In this document: positions 44,094 through 64,000 of the stretch, one piece after another
Layout: each line of letters opens with the position of its first letter
How positions within the stretch are numbered: position 1 is the stretch's first letter
Assembly (NCBI RefSeq): GCF_009914755.1
Contig: NC_060926.1
Strand: one strand, 5' to 3'
DNA length: 64,000 nucleotides
From: the human T2T-CHM13v2.0 reference genome, Homo sapiens
Notes under the pieces: model-generated
The model's input: the letters and a program-made list of their open reading frames with translations, nothing else
Databases searched by the model: none
What the model was told of the DNA's origin: nothing
Position numbers and translations under genes: made by a program

Positions 44094-44171
44094 TGCTCCC
44101 CAGCCTTTCTATGCTCCTGTTCTGCTTTATTTCATCAAAGCAGAACAGGAGCATAGAAAGGCTGGGGAGCA
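44094..44171. ncRNA. MIR4773: miR-4773 precursor hairpin (palindromic, MIR4773-1/-2 on opposite strands), intron 3
   Basis: Perfect 35-bp inverted repeat (44094-44128 / 44137-44171) with 8-nt loop ATTTCATC. CAGAACAGGAGCATAGAAAGGC (44141-44162) matches my recollection of mature miR-4773. Confidence 0.85.
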
Positions 44172-44670
44172 TCTTTTTTCTAGACATTAGACACTTACCT
44201 GATATGGAATTAAAATTAACCAGGGCTTCTTCCTAGCTTTCCCTCTAGGTCATATTGCAAACCACTGATTCTGAGACAGCGTTTTTGTTTTGTTTTATAT
44301 GTGTTTGTTTTTCTTATGACAATTTATAACATACTGAAATCTGTTAAATGATGAATGACTTGGAAAAACAAACATGAATATCTCCATCAAATCTTAAAAT
44401 ATTAGGATTAGGGTATTAGTTTAAAATCAGTAAAGGCAGTATACAGAATAATTATAAATTATTCCTTTTAAGTGGATTAGAGTGACTTTAAAGTCTCTTG
44501 CGATCATGAAATTGTATAATGATTTTCCAAGCAGAATTTATGGGATCCATTATTCTAAGTGCTTGTGGCCCTGAAGACATATGGTGACACCACAGGGCAA
44601 AGTCCCTACCATCTTGATAGGGCTGTTTGTAATATAAATGTGTATATATTTGTCAAAATACATAGACATA

Positions 44671-45557
44671 GGCCAGGTGCCATGGCTCACACCTATAATC
44701 CCAACACTTTGGGAAGCTGAGGTGGGTCGATCACCAGAGGTCAGGAGTTCAAGTCCAACCTGGCCCACATGGCAAGACCCTATCTCTACTAAAAATACAA
44801 AAATTAGCCAGACGTGGTGGCTCATGCCTGTAATCCCAGCTACTCAGAAGGCTGAGGCATAAGAATTTCTTGAACAATTGCAGAGGCTACAGTGAGCCGA
44901 GATTGTGCCACTGCACTCCAGCCTGGGCAACAGAGTGAGACTCCATTTCAAAAAACAACAACAAAAAAAAATAGGCGTGTGCACAAAAGACTTGTTATGT
45001 TATGCCTTAAAAGATAAAATAAAAATATTTTTAAAAGTACAATTAATTACATTACAATTGTTTTAATTTTAAAATTTATTTTTATTTTTATTTTTTAGAG
45101 CTGGAGGTCTCACTATGTTGCCCAGGTTGGCCTCAAACTCCTAGGCTCATGAGATTCTTCTGCCTCAGCCTCCCAATTAGCTGGGACTAAGGGTGAGCAT
45201 CACTACACCTAGCCATTTTTTTCTTACTATATTTACTTTTTTAAAATTCATGGCTGGGCACAGTGGCTCATGTTTATAATCTCAGCACTTTCAGAGGCAG
45301 AGGCAGGAGGCTCACTTGAGGTCAGGAGTTCAATACCAGCCTGGGCAACATTGCAAGATCCATTTCCACACAAAAAAAATAAAAATTACCAGGGCTGGGT
45401 GGCACATGCCTGTCATCCCAACTACTTAGGAGGCTGAAGTGGGAGGATTGCTTGAGCCAAGGAGTTCAAGGCTGCAATAAGCTATGATTGGGTCACCGCA
45501 CTCCAGCCTAGGTGACAGAGCGAGATCTTGTCTCAAAATATAAAAATAAAAATAAAT
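44671..45557. mobile_element. Intron 3 Alus (+ 44671-44971; - monomer 45075-45215; + 45251-45557)
   Basis: Alu consensus. Confidence 0.88.
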
Positions 45558-45779
45558 TCACAAAGAGTCCATGTTCATTTTAGAGAATTTAGTAACTATT
45601 GATGAAAAAATACATTTATTCTTTAGCTAAAAGCATACATAATATACCATAGATGCTGTATACTAAGACATTTAACATTTCATAAAAAGTAATAGATTGC
45701 TAAGAAATGTCATTTTTAACAGGGATAATGTTTTTCCTAATGCTTTGGGGTTTTTACGTTTTTTTTCTTCTCATTTCAG

Positions 45780-46008
45780 CAAAGGAGTGTGGTGGCGTCT
45801 TTACAGATCCAAAGCGAATTTTTAAATCTCCAGGCTTCCCAAATGAGTACGAAGATAACCAAATCTGCTACTGGCACATTAGACTCAAGTATGGTCAGCG
45901 TATTCACCTGAGTTTTTTAGATTTTGACCTTGAAGATGACCCAGGTTGCTTGGCTGATTATGTTGAAATATATGACAGTTACGATGATGTCCATGGCTTT
46001 GTGGGAAG
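45780..46008 (+). CDS. TNFAIP6: TSG-6 coding exon 4 (CUB module, AKECGGVFTDPKRIFKSPGFPNEY...HGFVGR)
   Basis: Acceptor tttcag|CA, donor GAAG|gtacgt; 229 nt; CUB motifs CGG, SPGFP, CYW, DYVEIYD. Confidence 0.98.
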
Positions 46009-46170
46009 GTACGTATGGGTCCCCATACAGGAAGTTAAATGAACGTCCAGTATTTTGTTTGATGCTTCTTTAATTTTCCCTCAACTGTCCCTATAATATT
46101 GATTTTGGAATAGTTCTACTCTCCTAAAGCACCATATCATTTTTCAACAAAGATTTTTCTTAGCTGGCTG

Positions 46171-46460
46171 CTACAACATACTTATTAAAGCAGTGAGAGT
46201 GCCTTTTGATTATGGCTAAGTTGTAAGAACTAGTTAGTCTATTTTATAAACACCTCAAGATCTGACTACAACATACTTATTAAAGTAGTGAGAGCTGCCT
46301 TTTGATTATGGCTAAGTTGTAAGAAATAGTTAGTCTATTTTATAAACACCTCAAGATCTGACTATAACATACTTATTAAAGTAGTGAGAGCTGCCTTTGG
46401 ATTATGGCTAAGTTGTAAGAACTAGTTAGTCTATGTTATAAACACCTCAAGATCTGACTA
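46171..46460. repeat. Tandem repeat, 3 copies of a 95-96 bp unit, intron 4
   Basis: Units start at 46171, 46266 and 46362 (CTACAACATACTTATTAAAG...CACCTCAAGATCTGA), with few differences. Confidence 0.95.
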
Positions 46461-46547
46461 ACAATAGGAGGAAGAAAGATATGTGAGTTGCAAAAATTGT
46501 TCAGGTTTTTAAGTTCTAATTTCTTACAACCTTAAAAATGATTATAG

Positions 46548-49117
<2,570 letters not shown>

Positions 49118-49307
49118 TTATTTCAAATAACAAACTTTGTTTTAACTCCTATTCTCTCTTACAAATCCAGGTAAAATAACAATAGAAATTTTAAAAATTA
49201 TGGAACAATGAGCTATTACTTAGAGGCTTAATTATCAGTAACAGCCACTTTACTAGCTGTATAATATTCATTTGTGTGACATCTCTTTTCTAAAAATTCC
49301 TTTTCAG

Positions 49308-49348
49308 ATACTGTGGAGATGAGCTTCCAGATGACATCATCAGTACAG
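49308..49348 (+). CDS. TNFAIP6: TSG-6 coding exon 5 (41 nt, YCGDELPDDIIST)
   Basis: Acceptor ttttcag|AT, donor ACAG|gtaagg; restores the frame between exons 4 and 6; CUB YCG motif. Confidence 0.96.
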
Positions 49349-50578
49349 GTAAGGTTTTAAATTGAGGACCAAAACTATGATTTGTTTCTTTACAGTGTCC
49401 CTGAAAGTAAAGGGACACTGTTAAATAGTAAATAGTAGTTATTATTCACTTTTTAAAGTTGAAAGAACCAACACCAGATGCAGCTTGCTAGGTTGTAAAA
49501 TGCAAAAAAAAAAAAAAAAATTAAAGATTTATGCCAACTGCTTGCACTAAAAAATGTATAAACTCTTCTTTGCTGAAAATGTAATGTATCTGAGAGTCTT
49601 GAATCTGCAAATCCACAAATATTGCTATAGTTTATGATTTCCATAAATGTGCTAATAAAATGGCTGAAATTTTTCATTGATAAAGGGTTGAAGTCATTTA
49701 TAAAGTCATTAAAAATCTTTGTCACTAAAACAATCTTACATCATATTCATTACATTTTTATCTTAGTACAATATTCTCCAGAGAATGTTTCAAATAACAA
49801 AGTTCTGTGAGATTTAAATAGATGTTACATGAGAAGAGGGCTCTAAGGTCAAATAAATTTGGAAAACGTTGGGTTAAACAATATCAAACAGGTTTCTTCA
49901 CTGGAAGACAGCAGGGATCTTTTAATATGCTAATCATGTGTAGTAAATCTGAAAAGACCAGATATAATAGGTAGTGCTTTCCAAATATTGCCCACCCCCC
50001 CATTATTTTCTGTGACTTTGTTCCAAGAAATGTACCTCAAGAAATGCCCTGTAGTCGCATAAATTTATCTCAATATGCAATATCACTCTTTAATTTATCC
50101 CATACTGCTATTTTCTGGCTAAAAACTTCCTTTCTTACATGTATTCAGTATTTTATTTTATTTCCATCACCAGCACCAGCAGCTGGCATTTTTATGTGCT
50201 CTATTTTCTCCCAAGTCATAAAACTATCACAGTACTTCTGCAACTATAAACAACAAAACTACATTGAGTTGCAATTTCTAAGTACTCAGATACTACTAGT
50301 TAACTTACTCCCACACCCCAGCCTTTCAGTGACTCAATTCTAATTTATTCGTCATAACTGTAACAGATGGAACTTCCTGCTCTGTTATCGAATGATTAAT
50401 GCTTAAACCTTGTTAGTTCATTATTCTGTTACAAACTCCCTTAAGAAAGATAACCTATTAAATTAAACCGTTTACTTATCTCTCATTCCTTTCTTGAAAA
50501 TATATTTTATATTAACAGAAAGTTGAAAGAAAACATCTTGTTGCTGTAGGAGGTAGTTGGGGGATGAGAATCCTATTA

Positions 50579-54930
<4,352 letters not shown>

Positions 54931-55110
54931 TCACCCTGTTCCATGCGGCAATGAAACCACAGACTCTTCAGCTTGAGAATCGACCTCTGAATTCTGGGAA
55001 TCTTGTTCATGAATTCTTATATTCTCCTATGAGAATGAAGAGTCTTTGAATTGTCAGCCAAATCAAAGGAGAGTAACATCTTTGTTCTTTTGCCTCCTTC
55101 CCCGCAACAG

Positions 55111-55280
55111 GAAATGTCATGACCTTGAAGTTTCTAAGTGATGCTTCAGTGACAGCTGGAGGTTTCCAAATCAAATATGTTGCAATGGATCCTGTATCCA
55201 AATCCAGTCAAGGAAAAAATACAAGTACTACTTCTACTGGAAATAAAAACTTTTTAGCTGGAAGATTTAGCCACTTATAA
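55111..55280 (+). CDS. TNFAIP6: TSG-6 coding exon 6 (GNVMTLKFLSDASVTAGGFQIKYVAMD...LAGRFSHL-stop)
   Basis: Acceptor caacag|GA; TAA at 55278-55280; exon lengths sum to 94+138+162+229+41+170 = 834 nt = 277 aa + stop. Confidence 0.98.
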
Positions 55281-55795
55281 AAAAAAAAAAAGGATGATCA
55301 AAACACACAGTGTTTATGTTGGAATCTTTTGGAACTCCTTTGATCTCACTGTTATTATTAACATTTATTTATTATTTTTCTAAATGTGAAAGCAATACAT
55401 AATTTAGGGAAAATTGGAAAATATAGGAAACTTTAAACGAGAAAATGAAACCTCTCATAATCCCACTGCATAGAAATAACAAGCGTTAACATTTTCATAT
55501 TTTTTTCTTTCAGTCATTTTTGTATTTGTGGTATATGTATATATGTACCTATATGTATTTGCATTTGAAATTTTGGAATCCTGCTCTATGTACAGTTTTG
55601 TATTATACTTTTTAAATCTTGAACTTTATGAACATTTTCTGAAATCATTGATTATTCTACAAAAACATGATTTTAAACAGCTGTAAAATATTCTATGATA
55701 TGAATGTTTTATGCATTATTTAAGCCTGTCTCTATTGTTGGAATTTCAGGTCATTTTCATAAATATTGTTGCAATAAATATCCTTGAACACACAT
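55281..55795 (+). other. TNFAIP6: TNFAIP6 AU-rich 3'UTR (3' end approximate)
   Basis: Follows the stop codon; ARE nonamer TTATTTATT 55365-55373; Pumilio motif TGTATATA 55536-55543; ends shortly after AATAAA at 55773. Confidence 0.8.
55773..55778 (+). terminator. Polyadenylation signal AATAAA of TNFAIP6
   Basis: Canonical hexamer about 490 nt after the stop, followed by CA dinucleotides and tttgtg. Confidence 0.8.
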
Positions 55796-56212
55796 ATTTG
55801 TGCACCTCTCTAATTATTTAAGACAAGGACCTGGAAATAGAATTACTGAATCAAAGGTTAATTAAAATAAAATTTTCTGTTTTGATAGGCAAAAATGAGG
55901 CCTCACTGTAGTTTGAATTTGCATTTCTTTATTCATGAGATTGATGGTTATATAATTTTTTGTTAATTTTTTTTGTGAATTATTTTTCCATGCCTTTTTT
56001 TCACTATTTTTAAAAACTGATATAATCTTCTCTATTGATTTGTTAGAAATTATTATATATGTCCATGTTTGTCATATATGCTGTAATTTAATTTTTAGTT
56101 TATATTTTGTCTTTTACTTTAATGGTTCTTTAAAATATATCAAATGTTAAAATTTATTTGCAATTATACTTGATTTTGCTGAGGTCTCTTTTCTCATATT
56201 TATGTTTAGGAC

Positions 56213-57710
56213 TGTCAAAAGACAAAATGACAACAAATTTAGTTTAAAGATCTTAATTGGCTTTTATTTGCAATTCTAGAATCAGGCACCTCATTTTTAA
56301 AATAGAATGAGTGTTCTGATGAGCTGAGCAGAGGACGTTGGTTTTATTGATATAAAAGGGCTGAGGAGAGCAGAAACAGAAAACAAAAAGCAGACTGGTT
56401 GTTTCAAAGTTACTTTTCTTATAAAGGTTAAAGCAGAGGCAACTTCCTTATCATGCCAGCTAAAACTGGTCTGTTTGAGGGTTTGGCTATTATCTCTCTG
56501 TGGCTCTTGGTTTCTTGGAAGGTCAGATAAACAACTAATTTCGGGTTGGTGGTGTGAAACTTTAGCATGAGTGACTCCATTTTGGTTTGGTCTCTTTGGC
56601 CTGGTGCAGAAGCTAAGTCCAAACCAATGACCTCCTATAACTTTTATTTAAGAGAATAAAAATTCCCATTATAAGATATGACATGTATTCATCTATATTT
56701 TATTTTTGTTTTGTCACTTCACCTTTTTAGGGAGAAAAAAACACAGTTGTTACTCGGTAATGAGGGATGTTGGGACTCAGACGATACCCTAAAGTATGAC
56801 ACTTTGGGATACTGAGTACTTTGAGCTAAAGGAGACTGGAAGGCCTCAGAAGCAAGATCTCTGTGACCTTCTCCTTCCATCTTCCCTCTTGCCCCAAGTC
56901 TTCCTCTTCCAAAGCAAGTCATAAAAACCAGAATTCACCGGGCGCAGTGGCTCACTCCTGTAATCCCATCACTTTGGAAGGCCGAGGCAGAGGATCTCTT
57001 GAGCTCAGGAGTTCAAAACCAGGCTGGGCAACATAGCAAGACCTCATCTCTATGAAAAAAATTTTAAATTAAAAAATTAAAAATTATCTGGGCATAGTGC
57101 CACATGTCTGTAGTCCCAGCTACTTGGGGGGCAGAGGCGGGAGGATCACTTGAGCCCAGGAGTTTGAGGCTGCACTGGAGCTATGATTGCATCACTGCAT
57201 TCCAGTCTGGGAGACAGAGTGAGATCCTGTCTTTAAAAAAAAAAAAAGCAACCAGAACCAAAATTCCTCTTCCTCAAGTCTAGTTACAGACTCCTCTCCC
57301 AAAAAGCACGCTATAAAACCTAGAAAGGTCTCTCTGTCCTCCTTCTCCCTTGCAGACCCTCATTCCAGAAGAGTCCTGCCCCACACCCAGAAGGAAGGAG
57401 TGTTACACAGAGAGGCCAAGAAGAATCTAGACAGACAGGCCTTACTGGGCCTCCCCACTTGGTCTATTGCCATGAGATCACATGATTTGTCCAATCACAT
57501 TTCTACATGGCCGTCTATTCTTCATCAAACCTAAACATAAAAATACAATTTTCCTTGGGTCTTTGAGTCTTCATTTCTGTAGGCTCCCATGTCACATAAA
57601 ATTTTGATTAAATAAATTTATAATGCTTTTCTTTTGTTAGCCTGCCTTTGTTATAGGAGTGTTGGCCTTATGATGGTAAGGAAAGGTATCACGCCTTTCC
57701 ATCCCTAAAC
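56213..57710. mobile_element. ERV1-class LTR relics (two elements; the second is split by an Alu at about 56937-57247)
   Basis: GTGACTCCATTTTGG motif; TGTTGGGACTCAG..GATACCCTAAAGTATG start; TTGATTAAATAAATTT..ATGCTTTTCT end. Family not determined. Confidence 0.55.
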
Positions 57711-57893
57711 AAGCAATGATTACCATCTAATTAAATTAAACAAAAATGCACGTGCCGGCCGGGCACAGTGGCTCACACCTGTAATCCCAGCGCTTTGGGA
57801 GGCCAAGGCAGGCAGATCACCTGAGGTCAGGAGTTCAAGACCAGCCTGGCCAAAATGGTGAAACCCTGTCTCTACTAAAATATACAAAAATTA

Positions 57894-58034
<141 letters not shown>

Positions 58035-59141
58035 CTAAAAAAAAAAAAAAAAAGCATGTGCCAAGCACTGTTCTAGGCACTTAGGGAATACCAGAGAACC
58101 AAAGGAACAAAAATCCCCACGTTTGAGGAGCTTATGTTCTGGTGGAGGGAGAGAGATAATAATTAATATACATAATAAATAGACTACATATTAAACATAG
58201 GTTAGGGTGCTGCATTATAAACTACTGACACTGTGAGATCATCAGTGACCTGGATGGGCAGTTTCAGTGGGGAGGAGGCAAAGGCCCAAATGAAGTGTGT
58301 GAAAAGTGAACTAGAGGAGAAAGGAGAGGTATTGGAGACAGTGGGTCTGGCTAACAAGGAAGTGGTAGCTGTAAGGACAAGTGGGCTGAAAGGAGACTTT
58401 CTTGATGAGAATGAATGAACTCAGCTGGGAGAGCTGCTGGGGCCATTTCTTTGAGCCCATGCAGTTGTGAGGCCCCTGGCAAAAATCATATGACACTCTC
58501 CAAAGAGGGAGCCTGGAGAGATTATAATAGAGGAATGGGCTGACTTAAGAGAAGGAATGGTGAATCACAGGGTGCTCACAAAGCAGGAGGGCCATGAAGG
58601 AGCAAAATCAGGGGCAGTTATATGAAATCAAGACAGGGAGCTTTAGCCACAGGAAAGGGTTGCCCAACCAAAGCCGGAAAAGAGCTTCTGCCCACCTAAG
58701 GCCATGGGGAGGGATTGAGGATAAATACCCCAAAGTCTCCCTCCTCCACCCTTCTCTGTACTACTTGTACCTCCCATTGTCTCATCCCAACAGAAGTCAG
58801 AATGCAACGAGATCTGGTTGATACTGCACAGAGATCAGCTCCAGGGCCCAGTGCAAGGAGAAGGTGGAGAACAGATCCAGAAGGGCAAAAGGAGGACACT
58901 TAGCACAGTGAGAGGAGATAGTATCTAGTGCACAAATAGAGGGACTGGATTTAGAGAGGGACATGGATAATTCACCTGCAGGAGGGACTCTTAGCCTTTA
59001 TATATACCATAAATTCTTTGATGGGTGAAATTTCTGGATGGTCAGAATAATGTTTTCAAATGCATAAAATATAAAGGAATACAAAGAAAACTAATTATAT
59101 TAAAACACAGTTATCAAATCATTGAAAAAAAAAAAATCAAA

Positions 59142-59320
59142 GCCAGGTGTGGTGGCACATGCCTATAGTTCCAGCTACTCAGGAGGCTGGGGCAGGAGGG
59201 TGGCTTGAGCCCAGGAGTTTGAGGTTGCAGTGAGCTATGATTATGCCTGTGAATAGCCCTACTGCACTCCAGCCTAAGCAATATAGTGAGACCCCCATAT
59301 CTAAAAACAAACAAAAAAAA
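59142..59320 (+). mobile_element. FAM (fossil Alu monomer)-like element
   Basis: Monomer retaining the 7SL segment GCCTGTGAATAGCC before ACTGCACTCCAGCC. Confidence 0.75.
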
Positions 59321-60407
59321 CTGTGATACATTAAAGCATGTGTTTCTTTATTAATGCTGTATATAAGATCTAGCAGTGGGTCGAGTAACTACCATAATTT
59401 CAAAGTAGACTGAGTACCGTGGCTCATACCTGTAATCTCATAACTTTGGAAGGCCGAGGTAGGCACATGGCTTGAGCCCAAGAGTTTGAGACCAGCCCGG
59501 GCAACATGGAGAAACCCTGTCTCTAAAAAAATTAGCTGGGTGTGGTGGCATGTGCCCATAGTCCCAGCTACTTGGGAGGCTAAGGTGGGAGGATCATTTG
59601 AGCCTGGGAGGTCAAGGCTGCAGTGAGCTGTGATAGTGCCACTGCCACTGTACTCTAGCCTGAGTGACAGAGCGAGACCCTGTCTCAAAAATAATAATAA
59701 TAATAATTTCAAAGTGGTAATACACGTATACAATATTTTATGAGTTCTACAAAAACTGTTTCATATATCTGTAGTGTCTTTCGGGGCTAAAAGCACAGGT
59801 ACTGCTAATGCTACATTTATTAACTACATTCATAGTTGAAAGACATGCTAGATTTCAGATAAAAGTCATTGGAAATAAACTTTCAATCCCACATGCAAGA
59901 TCACGACCCTGTGGATTCTGCCCCCAGACCCTTTAGGAGGAAGGCAGAGTGTGAGGCCACAGAAGTCGACAGGTGGGGAAGATAGATGGTAGGAATCTGC
60001 AGGAACTTCTTCTTGCTTTGCATTTCTCAGTGAAGAAAGAGTCAAGTCATGAGCCAACAGTGAGGATGGAAAGGTAGATGTGAGAGGTTGAGAAGAGAGA
60101 AGGCATGAAAGAGTCTTCTAGGAAAGTGGGAAAGTGAATGAACTAGGAAATAGCATGTGATTACCAGGCAGCACAAAGGGCCCATCTGAAGTTCATGGTC
60201 ATGGAATTTAACGGGAGACTGGTCAGCAAGGGTGTTTTCTTCTAGCCACGTTCAGCTTCACGAGAAAAAGACAGGCTAGAGGGAGAATTGGGTTAACCGC
60301 TGCTGGGTTTTTGCCGTGTGAGTATAACAAGAAAGGGGCAAGGGAGGAAGAAGTGTGCATGCTTAAAGGAGGGATTGTAAAAACCCATGGAATGCAGATT
60401 TTTTTGA

Positions 60408-60554
<147 letters not shown>

Positions 60555-60597
60555 TAAGTAGCTGGAATTACAGACACACGCCACCATGCCCAGCTAA

Positions 60598-60783
<186 letters not shown>

Positions 60784-60915
60784 TGAAAAAGTGGTAGACT
60801 TGATGAAGTGAAGCTCCCACAAAGGCTCAAAGACTGTAGAATCAGAGTATAAGAGAGAATGAATGGAGAGATAGGAGGTAGTTGTCAGACAATGGGATTT
60901 TAAACATAACCTTTT

Positions 60916-61732
<817 letters not shown>

Positions 61733-62308
61733 TCTCTTAATAATCAGTTTCATGCAGACTTAAACTTTGAGGAATTAAAGTATAATTCTAGATAACAAAG
61801 CATAAACAAGAAGCCATGAACAGAAGACTGTTATTTTTTTAAACTTGGAGAAATTAACTTAATGTTAAAGGTGAATATTAAATAAGGCCTGTATAACATT
61901 TCTCTGTTTATATGTTTTCTTACTACATTTAATACTTTTTCACTTTCTTGATTATGGATTTTTTTTACTTTGTTTTCCTCACCTCCATAGGTTTTTTGTT
62001 CTTTATCAGAATTCTCATTTTTTTGGTTCTCTTTGGGAGTAATATTTATAGAAAATTGAAGAATGTGTGCAAATTTAAAAAGTACAATGCACTCTTATTA
62101 TTATTATTTGTTTGAGACAGAGTCTCACTCTGTCACCACGCCCAGCCACTCTTATTATTGATATGGATGATAAATGTAAGTCCTTTAGGGTTTCCCGAGA
62201 ATATTCAAATGTGTGGAAATGTGCGGTGGCTCACGCCTGTAATCCCAGCACTTTGGGAGGATGAGGCGGGCAGATCACGAGGTCAGGAGATCGAGACCAT
62301 CCTGGCTA

Positions 62309-62549
<241 letters not shown>

Positions 62550-62961
62550 TTAAATACCATCTACTACTGCTGACCTAGGTTCCCCCATATCTCAATAGTG
62601 TAGTAGGAGTAGGGTTAGAGATAGGTTACAATGACTTCTGCAGATTTGGCTGAATCACTTATAAACCTTACTAGCAAGATTTAAGATACATTATAATTAT
62701 ATATCCTAAGACCTATAAAAATAGGTTATACAACTGATTTAAAGAAAGCCTTATAATATATATAGATGATTCTTTCAGTAAATTGCTCTTACCTTCACAT
62801 TTTTTTTTCTTTGAGATGGAGTCCCACTCTGTCGCCCAGTTTGGAGTGCAGTGGTGCAATCTTGGCTCACTACAACCCCCGCCTCCCAGGTTCAAGTGAT
62901 TCTCCTGCCTAAGCCACCCGAGTAGCTGAGATTACAGGCACCCACCACCACGCCCAGCTAA

Positions 62962-63259
<298 letters not shown>

Positions 63260-64000
63260 TAGGCACGGCCACCACACCTGGCTAATTTTTGTATTTTTTG
63301 GTAGAGATGGGGTTTCGCCATGTTGCCCTGGCTGGTCTTGAACTCCTACGCTCAAGTGATCCACCCGGTTTGGCCTCCCAAAGTGGTAGGATTACAGGTA
63401 TGAGCCACTGCGCCTGGTCTAAAACTTAATTTTCTTTATTCAACTTAGCATCCTCTTGCATGTCTGCTTTATTATTCTTGGTGTCTAGTAATTCTACTTT
63501 ATTTGAATGTTTTTAATTTAATATCAGCTCAGATTTATTTGTAGACTTTTCTCTATTACTCTTTTCTTTGCTGTGCTTATGTGTGGGTTTGGAGGTGGTT
63601 TTTTTTTTAAGTAATGCTTACTTTTAATTTAATATGTTCTTTATATTAAAATCATTCTCTGAAAATAAAACAAATGTACCGATGTTGGTATATGTATATA
63701 TTCAGTATTTTGTTTAATATAACATTTGAGTTCAGGTTTTGGACTGAATATTTTTTAAAAGGAAGTTTTTCAGGAATTTGTTTTTCAACTCTTCCTCCTC
63801 AAAAAAACTTTTTTCTTCCTCTGTTATTGTGAAAGCAAGTTGTTTTCATATCTCGTGTTGTTTTTTAGATTTCTAAAGCATATATCCATAGCTATTTTGT
63901 TTCCTTCTAAACAAATGCCCAACAAAGCAAACCACTAGAAGAAATCAGATCCCACAAAGCGTAAGTGCAGAAAAGTAAACTCCCTAAAGACACAGGCTCT

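Noticed and set aside
46171-46460. Possible CRISPR-like array
   Set aside because: The units are head-to-tail copies with no unique spacers, in a eukaryotic intron with no cas genes.
62187-62201. Overlapping kB-like AGGGTTTCCC and STAT6-like TTCCCGAGAA
   Set aside because: Isolated motif between Alu remnants, expected by chance in 64 kb.

Overview
Primate, almost certainly human, genomic DNA containing the complete TNFAIP6 (TSG-6) gene on the + strand. Its six coding exons (33421-33514, 39703-39840, 41816-41977, 45780-46008, 49308-49348, 55111-55280) splice at GT-AG junctions into an 834-nt ORF. This encodes the 277-aa secreted Link-module + CUB-module hyaluronan-binding protein, here with Arg at codon 144 (c.431G). 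Also visible are the proximal promoter (octamer/AP-1, C/EBP, TATA-like), an AU-rich 3'UTR with AATAAA, a perfect 35-bp-arm palindrome in intron 3 (the MIR4773 hairpin), a 7SL pseudogene and a 3 x 96-bp tandem repeat in intron 4. The rest is dense in Alu, L1, L2/MIR, MaLR/ERV LTR and MER30 relics, and almost all short ORFs in the supplied track are repeat-derived noise. I see no clearly new multi-gene system. The best leads are: (1) an upstream exon (31317-31463) that can splice in frame to an alternative acceptor (39630), giving a signal-peptide-less TSG-6; (2) stop-free, frame-closed exon circles flanked by inverted Alus; (3) an AATAAA inside the last coding exon followed by a genomic A-run at the stop codon; (4) candidate distal and intronic NF-kB enhancers. 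Repeat boundaries and subfamilies are by-eye estimates.
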